Source of the DNA: Anolis carolinensis
Taxonomy: Eukaryota
Length of the DNA stretch: 64,000 nucleotides
NCBI RefSeq assembly: GCF_035594765.1
Contig: NC_085845.1
Coordinates: forward strand, 83,074,024-83,138,023
Reading direction: 5' to 3'
The notes beneath the pieces were generated by a model. It had not been told where the DNA came from, did no database searches, and saw only the letters and a list, made by a program, of their open reading frames with translations. Of the stretch, positions 45,706 to 56,524 are shown piece after piece; the first letter of the stretch is position 1; every line of letters begins with the position of its first letter. The position numbers and the translations under genes were made by a program.

Positions 45706-48700
45706 ATGCATCCCCTGTTCTCTCTGCTACTCCCCTTGTGTTCAGTCTTTTCTCAGTATGCAGGAGCAATGTGTCCTTATTTATTATTACCACCATTGTT
45801 TTTCATCTGCTCTGACCAAGAAAACCATATTTATCAGCAGCAAGACAACAAACACCAGACTTCACATTTATGGGGCAGGATTACTAAAACGTATTATGTA
45901 AGAACTGCAGGGTTTATTTCAAGAACTGGGAAGCAACAGGCAGAACTGCCATCTTTCTGCTGCTGGTACTGGAGCTCTCCTTTTACCGGCTACTGCAACA
46001 AACATAAAACAGACTATGAAATCATGAACCTAAGCGAAAATGGGAAATGCCACCCAGAACAGTTAGATTTGAAATGGACAGCATCCAAAGATCCAGTTCA
46101 AACAGTGCAACCCAAAATACTTCAGAAAAATACTGTTTATTACGAGTATTTTCACCTGGTTGTTAGAAAAGAAAGCCACTTAGCACATGCAAACCAAATG
46201 GTACAGGTACGGCTTATCCCTGCTCTTTTGCTGAACAACACATACATTGAAAAATGTGGGATAGCAGTAATACCAACAGAAATATTTCCAGTGGTAATAC
46301 CTTCCAAGCAGTATGCTTTGACAGCACACATTGAAGTGTGTGATGTCCATGGAGCATATAACCATATAACTTTACAGACAAAAGTATATGACCCATCAAA
46401 AGGCCAGCGAACAGAGGTATTTCTGAATGAATTACAAAGTTTGATTAGTGGACCAACAGATCCAATAACAGCTGTTGTGAAAAGTAGGGATTACTTTAGG
46501 GCACTTGATGTCATCTACATAGTGGCTTCTATTTTAAATGATATAGAAGTTACACAAAGATTACATTCCGCGAAGACTGAGCTGCGGGAACTCCTTCTAA
46601 ATAGGTCTGCAGGAATTCCTACTACAAGTGTAACGGGAGCAAATCAAATGATCTCAAATATTTTTCAAATAACACATGAAGTTGCAGAGATAAACAGAAA
46701 ATCACAACTACTTGCAATGAAAAAAATCAAAGAAGTTATCGAAGAACTGAAAAAGCATGGCAACAAAGATTTGGGATTGAAAGGAAGAGAGATGCTTGGC
46801 AATGCTATTCTTGAAGGACTGTCCAATGTACAGAAAGCATCTTTGTTAGAAGGTGGAAATATCCACATAAATGGGGTTAAGGAAACCATTTATATGACCG
46901 AGATATTAGCAGATCTAGTCTTAGAAGGTAAAATTCCAGAAGAAAATGAAACTATTATGGAAGCCAAAGACTGGACTATCACATTAAGAAAAAATGAAAA
47001 AGGAGGTATTTCTGATCCATCCTCCAGGAGAAGAGATGGCAAGAACTACTTTTACTTCAAAATGAAACAAGAGGATAGTGATGAATTAACAAGAGATGCT
47101 GTAGTTTCCACGATTCTTTATGAGTTTGATAATAACCCTTTTCCTTGGTTGCCGTACGCCAGTGATATCAACACAATGATAACTGGATTCAAGATGACAG
47201 GAACCAAATATAATGGTGACAGGATTGGGATCGTGCCTGATGTTGCTGAAATGATCATGACTAGAAAAGACGAGAAAAGGAATGCCACTTTTCAGGTCAT
47301 GATCAGACATGATAAAAAACTCCCTAAAGCCACTGGAGAATTTAGTGTTGAAGTACTTAGGCAATCCAAAAACATTTTTATTCAGATTGTGACAAATAAG
47401 AAAACTGTTTTCCAGGTCTTCATATATCCGGGTCACAAGGTCAGCTATGATCCCATAGCTTTTTTCAGTGTTTCCTATAATAAGACGTCAGTGCCAATGG
47501 GAAAGTATTCTAGTGATGGTGACTGTGCATTTAAGGCCCCTTATATAGTTTGTCTTTCCCAGATATTGCTCAGATCCATATTCCAAGACAGCAGAGCAGA
47601 CAAACTGAACATTTCTGTGGTTTTACAGTCAGACCCATGGGACAGAGATACTCAACTTGTGGACGTTCGGCTTTTTACTGTTGAGTGTTTGTACCTGGAT
47701 GGAGTTGAAAGTCATTGGAAAGAAGGCTTCTGCACTCTTGGTCCTCAGACCAGCTGGCAAAAGGTGCACTGCATCTGCACAGGAAAAAGACGTGTTTCAC
47801 GGTCTGCAAACCCTCAACTAAGAACAGCCTTCAGCCACAGTCCCACATTTTTGGCTGGGAAAATAAAATATTCAAACCCAGTAAACGTAGGAAAGAGCCA
47901 GTCAACTCAAATACACCAAAATCTAGTGATACTGCTAACACTCCTTTTCATATTTTTATTATTCATTGTTTTGGCTATTTGGGCCATGAGAAAAGACAGG
48001 GCTGATATAAACAGCGTTGAGCATGTTATAGTCTTGCCAGACAACGACCCCTTTGATAAAGTGTGCTATCTGGTCACGGTATACACCGGCAGCCGTTTGG
48101 GAGCAGGAACGACCGCTGATGTTTTTATTCAGCTGACAGGAGAAAGAGCCGTCAGCGATGTACATTGCTTAAGACACCCCGAACACTTTACTTTTTTCCG
48201 TGGGGCCGTCAATACTTTTCTTGTGACTAGTAAAATTGACCTAGGAGAAATTTATTGTTTTAGAGTCTGGCACAATAATGAGGGTTCTTCCCCAAACTGG
48301 TTCTTGAGCAGAATTAAGGTGGAAAACATATACACAAAAAAGTCTTGGATGTTCATTTGCCGGAAATGGTTTGCACTTGATAAAGATGATGGCTTAATAG
48401 ATAGGTCATTTATTGTTGCTCACCCGAAAGCACCTTTACACAAACTTGATTTTTTCATGATAGACTTTGCTAATACTGTGGCAGACAACCACTTATGGCT
48501 CTCCATCTTTGCTCATGTGTGTACTGGTTCTCTGAACAGGCTTCATCGATTGTTTGCTTGTTTAACAATATTGTTATGCATCCTGTTTGTCAATATTATG
48601 TTTTTTAGTGCTGATGAGGAACGGCAAATGTTTTCTGAACATATACAATATTTGAGACCTATCTTAATTGGGGTTCAAGGGGCTTTTATTTCCATCCCTT

Positions 48701-51204
48701 TGCAAATGATTGTAACAGCTTTTTTCAAATATTCTCAGGAGGAGCCTTCAGTACAGAGCACAACTCATGCACTGCCTGCACAATATTCCACTTTCATGTT
48801 TGGAAATCTTAGTAACTGGAAGGAGTGCCTGCAGAAATGGTACCTTATAGAAACTGCTTCAAAAGACTTGGGAGATCATTTGCAGGAATTCCCTCCCAAG
48901 GCCTTAGACTCACCGAAACAAGAACAATCAAAAACGATAACATGGCGACACACATCTAAAAATTGGACCAACTGCACAATTCCGGAGGGTGATGCAAATG
49001 TAATTGCAATAGAAGATGACATGTCACAAGGTGCTAAGACCAACAACAATGTAAACAATAATTATCTAGAGAAGCACAAATCATATCTTCAAACTAGGTC
49101 ACCTAATATTGCCAACATGGTGTTCTGTCTAAGGCCGCAAATCAAAGTATCCTGGTGGAATAGATATGTTTTGTGGATATTTGTTTTGGTCACTTCTACA
49201 TTATCATCATTTTTTATCCTACTACATGGTCTGACCTTTGACTATGAAGCTTCGGTAGAGTGGTTAGTGGCCTCTGTTATTTCACTATGGGTGAATGTGT
49301 TTTTGCTTCAAATTATGAATATAGCTATTTTTTCATCCTTGAAGACACTCTATCCTAAAAACTGTAAAAGCCTTCAGTGGTCAAGCAAAGCGGCCTACTT
49401 AGAGATTAAACTCAGTGACATAAATATGGATGCTGATGATATGCGTGAATTACATTACGATTTAGTAAGAATGAGGGGCACCAAGCAGTATCATTCCTTG
49501 GAAGAGGATGAAATCACTATTTTTAAGAAAAGACAGAAAATTCAACGTCAAGCATTTGTTTTCATAAAGGATGTTGTATGCCATTTCGTCTTTCTGATCC
49601 TTATTTTAAACATTGCTTACTCAATGGAAAACACCACCAGTTTTTATTACAATCAGGATATTCATAATAAATTTTCTAATGGGCTCTCACGTGTCAATAA
49701 AGTGGAGGACATTTACACCTGGTTAAGAAAAGTCTTTCTGCCCTTGATTCACAATGACGATCAACCAACCTATCTTTCTGAGACTTGGTCCAAAATCCTT
49801 GGTGTACCCAGAATGCGACAAGTAAGGGCAAAAATTACGAAAAAAGCATGTTTCTATCAACAAAGTTTTGTACATAAATTTGTGATTAGTAAAAGCCATT
49901 GTCTTCATAAATATGGTATTGACGAAGAAAATCAAAGAGACCATCTTGGGTCCTGGACACTCCCAGCTGATAAACCTGTTTTGAATAATTTCACCAATAT
50001 TTCAGGCTTCACGTATCAATCGGTCACTGAACGATGGAAATATAGCTCATATGGAGAACTAAACACATATGGAGCAGGAGGGTATACTTTTAATTTTTAC
50101 TCAGAAGAAAATTTGCGGAATTCAACAAAAAGAATTGATTTTTTAGAAGAGAGCAGTTGGCTTGATGAAAATACCTGGGCACTAATAGTTGAGATGACAA
50201 CTTTTAATTCAGATGTAGACTTATTTTGCAGTATATCAGTTATATTTGAGCTTTCTTATTTGGGCCCTATTAACACAACCTTGTGGATCCATTCATACAA
50301 ACTGCCTGTCTTCAAGGAGCTAAGCAAGACAGAAAAATTTGTTTATGTAGCTGTTGGCTATATGCTTGTCTTTTATATTATTGATGAATGTTATGTGGTG
50401 GAACGACAAAGGCTAAAATACATAAAAACTGTCTCAAATTTAATTAATTTGGGAATAAAGGGTGTGTGCTTGTTCTTTCTCTTGCAACTTGGATTCAAAT
50501 TTGAGCTGGCTTCTGACTTATCTGAGTTGCATTTACTTCAGCCAGATGAATTCATTCCATTTCACAGGGTTTCTCATGTTGATAGAACACTGCGGATAAC
50601 ATTGGGGTTTTTGGCTTTCCTGATTGTTTTGAAAACCCTTCGGTATTCCCGATTCTTTTATGATGTGCGTTTGGCTCAACGATCCATCTTAGCAGCCCTT
50701 CCTGGTATCTGTTCCATGGCTTTAGTGGTGGCGGTGTACTTTTTTGTTTACATGACCTTTGGCTACCTGGTATTTGGCCAGTATGAATGGAACTACAATA
50801 CCATGACTCATTCTGCTCAGACTGTGTTCTCATATTGTGTTTCAGCTTTTAAAGACACTGCCTTTGAGTCCAACCGGGTGCTGGGGGGTCTTTTTCTAGC
50901 TACATTCATGATGGTAATGATCTGTGTCTTGATCAATTTATTTCAAGCTGTGATTATGTCTGCTTATGAGGACATGAAGCAGCCTGTCTATGAAGAACCT
51001 TCTGATGAAGCAGAGGTGGTAAATTATCTGTTTAATAAGGTTCGCAGAATATGTTTTTTTATAACCTGCAAAAAAGCATCTACGGCTGATACAGAACTTT
51101 TCAATCGAGTTCTGTTTGGGCATCCAGAGAGAAGAAATAAGCACCACCTGGGCCTCAAAGCCAGAAAAGTAAATGGCCGTAAAATAGTTTATCTTGTCAT
51201 ATAA
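45706..51204 (+). CDS. PKDREJ: PKDREJ-like polycystin-1-family protein, copy C (1832 aa, single exon, shortened ectodomain)
   Basis: Same TM/PLAT/TOP/channel architecture. LKTLRYSRFFYDVRLAQR, QTVFSYCVSAF and MKQPVYEEPSDE are PKDREJ signatures as I recall them. Two in-frame N-terminal deletions; AATAAA at 51239. Confidence 0.92.
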   Translation: MHPLFSLLLPLCSVFSQYAGAMCPYLLLPPLFFICSDQENHIYQQQDNKHQTSHLWGRITKTYYVRTAGFISRTGKQQAELPSFCCWYWSSPFTGYCNKHKTDYEIMNLSENGKCHPEQLDLKWTASKDPVQTVQPKILQKNTVYYEYFHLVVRKESHLAHANQMVQVRLIPALLLNNTYIEKCGIAVIPTEIFPVVIPSKQYALTAHIEVCDVHGAYNHITLQTKVYDPSKGQRTEVFLNELQSLISGPTDPITAVVKSRDYFRALDVIYIVASILNDIEVTQRLHSAKTELRELLLNRSAGIPTTSVTGANQMISNIFQITHEVAEINRKSQLLAMKKIKEVIEELKKHGNKDLGLKGREMLGNAILEGLSNVQKASLLEGGNIHINGVKETIYMTEILADLVLEGKIPEENETIMEAKDWTITLRKNEKGGISDPSSRRRDGKNYFYFKMKQEDSDELTRDAVVSTILYEFDNNPFPWLPYASDINTMITGFKMTGTKYNGDRIGIVPDVAEMIMTRKDEKRNATFQVMIRHDKKLPKATGEFSVEVLRQSKNIFIQIVTNKKTVFQVFIYPGHKVSYDPIAFFSVSYNKTSVPMGKYSSDGDCAFKAPYIVCLSQILLRSIFQDSRADKLNISVVLQSDPWDRDTQLVDVRLFTVECLYLDGVESHWKEGFCTLGPQTSWQKVHCICTGKRRVSRSANPQLRTAFSHSPTFLAGKIKYSNPVNVGKSQSTQIHQNLVILLTLLFIFLLFIVLAIWAMRKDRADINSVEHVIVLPDNDPFDKVCYLVTVYTGSRLGAGTTADVFIQLTGERAVSDVHCLRHPEHFTFFRGAVNTFLVTSKIDLGEIYCFRVWHNNEGSSPNWFLSRIKVENIYTKKSWMFICRKWFALDKDDGLIDRSFIVAHPKAPLHKLDFFMIDFANTVADNHLWLSIFAHVCTGSLNRLHRLFACLTILLCILFVNIMFFSADEERQMFSEHIQYLRPILIGVQGAFISIPLQMIVTAFFKYSQEEPSVQSTTHALPAQYSTFMFGNLSNWKECLQKWYLIETASKDLGDHLQEFPPKALDSPKQEQSKTITWRHTSKNWTNCTIPEGDANVIAIEDDMSQGAKTNNNVNNNYLEKHKSYLQTRSPNIANMVFCLRPQIKVSWWNRYVLWIFVLVTSTLSSFFILLHGLTFDYEASVEWLVASVISLWVNVFLLQIMNIAIFSSLKTLYPKNCKSLQWSSKAAYLEIKLSDINMDADDMRELHYDLVRMRGTKQYHSLEEDEITIFKKRQKIQRQAFVFIKDVVCHFVFLILILNIAYSMENTTSFYYNQDIHNKFSNGLSRVNKVEDIYTWLRKVFLPLIHNDDQPTYLSETWSKILGVPRMRQVRAKITKKACFYQQSFVHKFVISKSHCLHKYGIDEENQRDHLGSWTLPADKPVLNNFTNISGFTYQSVTERWKYSSYGELNTYGAGGYTFNFYSEENLRNSTKRIDFLEESSWLDENTWALIVEMTTFNSDVDLFCSISVIFELSYLGPINTTLWIHSYKLPVFKELSKTEKFVYVAVGYMLVFYIIDECYVVERQRLKYIKTVSNLINLGIKGVCLFFLLQLGFKFELASDLSELHLLQPDEFIPFHRVSHVDRTLRITLGFLAFLIVLKTLRYSRFFYDVRLAQRSILAALPGICSMALVVAVYFFVYMTFGYLVFGQYEWNYNTMTHSAQTVFSYCVSAFKDTAFESNRVLGGLFLATFMMVMICVLINLFQAVIMSAYEDMKQPVYEEPSDEAEVVNYLFNKVRRICFFITCKKASTADTELFNRVLFGHPERRNKHHLGLKARKVNGRKIVYLVI

Positions 51205-51488
51205 TTCTTGGTTGTCTTATAACTCTTCTATGCAGCTGAATAAAAAGAACAAAAGCTGGAATTAAAAAAAAAACACTGCCCAAATTATTAATCAATGCAA
51301 ATCGACTGCAGCTGCAAGCTTAAGAGTGAACGTATAGTTTAATATGTACAAGCTGCTTTGTTTATGTTGCTTTGCTATTTTATGGTGTAATGTCTGGGCA
51401 AATCGGTTACAAAGTCTTGTATGAACATTCCACTGCCAGGAAAGAATACTATTGTGGAATAAAACACATTTTGTACATGTTGTGGCAT

Positions 51489-52760
51489 TTAGTTCTTTGT
51501 TAAGTTAGGCGATGTCCGAGTATGATGGCCCTCCAATTGTAGTGTCTTGGCGGTGGGTATGTGACTGGGGAGTCCTATTTTTGACCCGCATGTTCTTCCG
51601 CAGTGAGAGCATATGTTTCCAGGTGGAAGACGGTCCCAGTCAGGATTGGCTTGATGCACCTTCTTCTTGGCACGTTTCTCCTTTTCACCCTCCATTTGTG
51701 CCTCTTTGAATTCCATTGCACTGGTGGTCACAGCTGACCTCCAGTTAGAGCGCTCAAGGGCCAGGGCTTCCCAGTTCTCAGTGTCTATGCCACAGTTTTT
51801 GAGGTTAGCTTTAAGCCCATCTTTAAATCTCTTTTCCTGCCCACCAACATTCCGTTTTCCATTCTTGAGTTGGGAGTAGAGTAACTGTTTTCGGAGACAG
51901 TGATCGGGCATTCGGATTACGTGGCCAGTCCAGCTGAATTGATGGCGTAGGAGCATCCCTTCAATGCCAATGGTCTTTGCTTCTTCCAGCACGCTGACAT
52001 GTGTCCACCTGTCTTCCCAAGAGATTTGCAATAATTTTCAGAGGCATCGCTGGTGGAATCGTTCCAGGAGTTGAGTGTGATGTCTATAGACAGTTCACGT
52101 TCCACAGGCATATAACAGGGTTGGGAGGACAATAGTTTTATAAGTAAGCACCTTGGTATCCCTATGGATGTCTCAATCCTCAAATACTCTCTGCTTCATT
52201 CAGAAGAATGCTACACTCACAGAGCTCAGGCAGTGTTGTATTTCAGTGTCAATGTTGACTTTTGTGGAGAGGTGGCTGCCAAGGTAGCGGAAATGGTCAA
52301 CATTTTCTAATGTTACACCATTGAGCTGTATTTCTGGCATTGCAGAGGGATTGGATGGTGCCTGCTGGAAGAGCACTTTGGTTTTCTTGATGTTCAATGA
52401 GAGGCCAAGCTTCTCGTATGCGTCTGCAAAGGTGTTTAGAGTGGCTTGTAGATCTTCTTCTGAATGCGCACAGACTATGTTATCATCAGCATATTGGAGT
52501 TCTATAACAGATGTTGTTGTGACCTTGGTTTTGGCTTTCAGTCTGCTGTGGTTAAATAGCTTGCCATCTGTCCGATAGATTATTTCCACTCCAGTGGGAA
52601 GCTTCCCATCAACAAGATGAAGAATCATAGCAATGAAGATGGAAAATAACACATCCCTGTTTGACACCTGATTCCACCTTACATGGGTCACTGAGAGCCA
52701 TTGGTGTCCAAGACTATTGCCATCATGTCATCGTGGAGGAGCCGCAGGATGTTCACAGAT
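51489..52760 (-). mobile_element. RTE-clade LINE 3' portion
   Basis: ELQYADD, GLSLNIKKTKV, FRYLGS, WTGHVIRM and a C-terminal CSHCGRTC, in broken frames. Confidence 0.88.
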
Positions 52761-53549
52761 TTAGTTCTTTACCCAGCATGTCTCATAAGACACTGCACTT
52801 TATGCAAATGGAGAATGGGAAATTCACAGCCCACTAACCCCACATGACCCCAACCATTTTTTGCATCCAATCACACCCCTCCCCAGTTTTTTCCCAGTTG
52901 CATGTTTTGGAGTACAAAAGGCCCCCAAAAGACTACCTAATACTTGCAAATGTGGCAGTTTCCCTATTAATATCCCAATATAACTAAACAAAAGATCAGG
53001 AAATAAAAACCAAAAGCAGATTTCCACTCTCTTTTAGGAGTTTTTGTGGTGTGTTCCATGTCCCTGAGAAGTAGACATGCCAGGAAAAAAATGTTTCCCA
53101 CTGCAGTTGCTCTTCCTGATAGATATAAAAAGTTGTATAATGGCTTGGGCTAGTTCTGCCCCCATTGATAGATCCCCAATCTCATGCCCAGTGTACATGA
53201 GGGAAGAACCTACTTGCATTTCAATGTATATGAAGAGAACTCAAAAAAGATGCACAAAGACCTTCCCTATGTTCACCATAGGATCCTTTGTTCTGAGAGC
53301 TCACAGCAAGTATAATGTCCAGGAGGCCTCCCAGATGGCCCTCACAGCTCCACAATTGCCTTTGGTAACAAGATTTTTCTCACTCCATTGGTAAAAGTTA
53401 TTTTTATGTTGTATTTCATCTTGGAACTTGGTACATATGTAGCCAAAGAAATGTAGATTACAAATAGAATCTAGGATAGGACACAACACAATATAGATTT
53501 GCTATGCATTATCACTGCTAATGTGTGTTTTATGAAAGGCTTACAACAG

Positions 53550-54335
53550 GTAAGAGTCTTGGTATCCCTATGGATGTCCTGATCTTCAAATACTCTGTTT
53601 CATTCCAAAAAAAATGCTCCACTCACAGAGCTCAGATGGTGTTGTATTTCTGTGTCAATGTTGACTTTTGTGGAGAGGTGACCACCTAGGTAGCGGAAAT
53701 GGTCAACATTTTCAAGTGTTGTATCATTAAGTTTTATTTCTGACATTGCAGAAGGATTTGTTGGTGTCTGCTGGTAGAGCGCTTTGGTTTTCTCAATGTT
53801 CAGTGAGAGAATGCTTTGTATGCTTCTGCAAAGGTTTTTAAAGTGACTTGTAGGTCTTCCTCTGAATCAGTATATTGGAGATCTATATTAGGAATTGTTA
53901 TTTTACTTTTGGCTTGCCATCTGTCCCATAGGTGATTTCCACACTGGTGGGAAACTTCCCATCTACAAGGTGCATAATCATTGCTATGAAGATGGAAAAT
54001 AAGGTTGGGGCAATAACACATCCCTGTTTGACGCCTGATTCTACCTTAAATGAGTCACTTTGGGAGCCACTGCTGTCCAAGGTTTTCCATCATATCATCA
54101 TGGAGGAGCCGCAAGGCATTCACAAATTTATCAGGGCATCTGATTTTTAGGAGGATGGTCCAGAGATCACAGCGATTCACTATGTCGAATGTCTTTGCAA
54201 AGTCAATGAATGCCATATACAGAGGTCGATTTTGTTCCCTGCATTTTTCTTGGAGCTGTTGTGAAGCGAAGATCTTATTCACTGTTCCTCTGAAGGGGCG
54301 GAAACCATTCTGGGATTCAGGGAGGATGTCTTCTA
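53550..54335 (-). mobile_element. Second RTE-clade LINE fragment
   Basis: LPESQNGFRP, FIDFAKTFDIV, GVKQGCVIAPTLF. Confidence 0.85.
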
Positions 54336-55516
54336 AATTGATAGAAGGTGGCTTGCAAGGATTCTTGTGAGGATTTTCCCTACGGAGGTTAAAAGGCAGG
54401 AATATATAACACAATGATGCTATAATGCACATATATTTACATAGTGAGCTGAAATCCTCATACAAGTTTGAACATGACTGCATGGAGCGCCGTAGATTTT
54501 TATGAATGTACATTAATATGATTCCAGTTTAAAGCCATAAAAATAAAAGTATAGTAGGTCAGCCACATTTGTAGGTTTTACTTCTGTGGGTGTGATTAGG
54601 TTATGATTCATATGTCCTCTCTAAGAAGGTTAAGGTCCTCCAGCATGATTCTGTGGTCAACATCTGCTGGATGTTCATTATAGAGTTGTGATGGAGAACC
54701 TTAAGATTCTTATAAGTGTTCTCTCAGATTTAAAAATGTGAAGTGTTTATTTGCATAGGGATCTTTTGACCCAACCCCAATGACAGCGGAGGCCTGACTA
54801 TTCACATGATTCCTAAAAAACAGATGAATTGCGCTGCCCACCTGCCACAGTTTATCCCAGTAACACACACTTCCATGAGATGGCAGTGTCTGCTCATTTC
54901 TGATATTTTTATAATCTCTTGCTGTAAATTAATCAGAGCTAAAATATAAATCTGTGCAACTTGAACTGTTGAAGTAGAGTTTGGCTGTTACCAATGGTGC
55001 TATGGATTTTGAAGAGGCACAAATAGAGGGTGAAAGGGAGAAACATGCCAAGAGAAAAACACGCCAAACAAACCCCTATCACGACTGCCTTCCATCAGGA
55101 AATCTATGGAAAATATCACATTAGCGTTCTAAAGTGGAGCCATCCACTTTGCTGCCTCCTGAAGAATTCTGGAAAATATAGTTTAGGGAAGCCAATGACC
55201 CCACTCTAAACTACATTTCCTAGAATTCTGCAGGAGCAAAGCAGGCAATAGCAAAGTGGGCACCTCCGCTTTAAAGCACTAATGTGATATCGTCATATGT
55301 CTCCTCCACCCTATCCCTGATTGTCCTTATACCACTCAGGAGCCCTATTCAGAGTTCTACACAATCTTACCCTCTGAATGTTCAATTATTATTATTGTCC
55401 AGGTTTTAAATTATTGTTGATGCGTTTTATGTTGTTACAATGTTTTTAATTTTTGATCTGTGTTTTAACTTATGTGAGCCACCCGAGTCCCTTCGGAGGA
55501 GGGATACAAAAATAAA

Positions 55517-55517
<1 letters not shown>

Positions 55518-55564
<47 letters not shown>
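55518..55564. repeat. (TTG)n microsatellite at an L2-type 3' tail
   Basis: Read directly. Confidence 0.9.
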
Positions 55565-56524
55565 AGTCATCAATGTGAAAGACCGCGTGGATCCAGAATA
55601 GGTCTTCACAGTCATTTGTGGACCCCCACCAAGGCTCTACCTCTGAAAGACATTCATACTCAGCCTCAAGTGATCACCCGTGATGATGGATACCCCAAAC
55701 CATGGATAATAGTGAAAACTATATTTTGACTATACTAGGGCTGGAATTTCACTAGAATTTCACTGGAAAGGCCCACAAACACTTCCGGGAGGAACATTGT
55801 TGGAGTGTAAGGACCCCATCAGACAGGGGTCCATAAGCTGGGTGACAGTGGGGAAATCCAAGGGGCAACAGGGCGAATCTGTAAGGCAGTGGGCAGCACC
55901 CCGCATCTCCCCCTTATCGTCACACAGCATTTCCTATCTGCCTCCGGTTTCGACCCGTATGAGTAAACACCTGTATTCTCAGGGCAACCTCTGAACACAC
56001 TGGAGCCCTGCCAGAAGTAGCCCTGCGTCATGTAATGGACTCTGGTGGGCTCCGTTCTTGGCAGCTTCCTAGGATGGGGAAGAAGGCCCATATCATGATG
56101 TCATAGGTAAGTGAAACCTGGATATTTGTGGATAAGTGGGTCACGTTGTCTCTCAACCTGGTAGAGGAATAAAGAAATTATTCCTCCATCATTGGAAATC
56201 CTGTTCCACAACTGGAGTACCTTAATAGAGAAGGCCTACTTCTATGTCCCTCTTGGTGACAGCAGAACAGCCAAGGGCAAATCTCTATCCTCAGGCAGAT
56301 TTATAGGGCTTCTTCAAATAGAGAGGTCTCGGGACTTGTAGAGCCTTATGCGCCATGTAATCATGGAAAAAACCATAACACCCTTCCATGATGACATGCT
56401 ACATAAGGCTCTAAAAGCCCAGAGACATCAGTACTTGAATTTAGAATTGTAAAATCAGAAGATACCATTACAGCAATTCAGTCTAACCACTTACCTTGTA
56501 GGAATGCACAATCAAAGCACTCTT

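Noticed and set aside
21999-46889. Similar short antisense ORFs at homologous positions in all three paralogs (21999-22199, 37987-38298, 46665-46889)
   Set aside because: They are explained as shadows of the conserved sense-strand codons; there is no independent evidence of coding.
52800-53500. Non-repeat-looking sequence with several 60-105 aa ORFs after copy C; possible fourth paralog remnant
   Set aside because: I found no PKDREJ motifs or recognisable protein in the frames I read, and stops are frequent. A BLASTX search would settle it.
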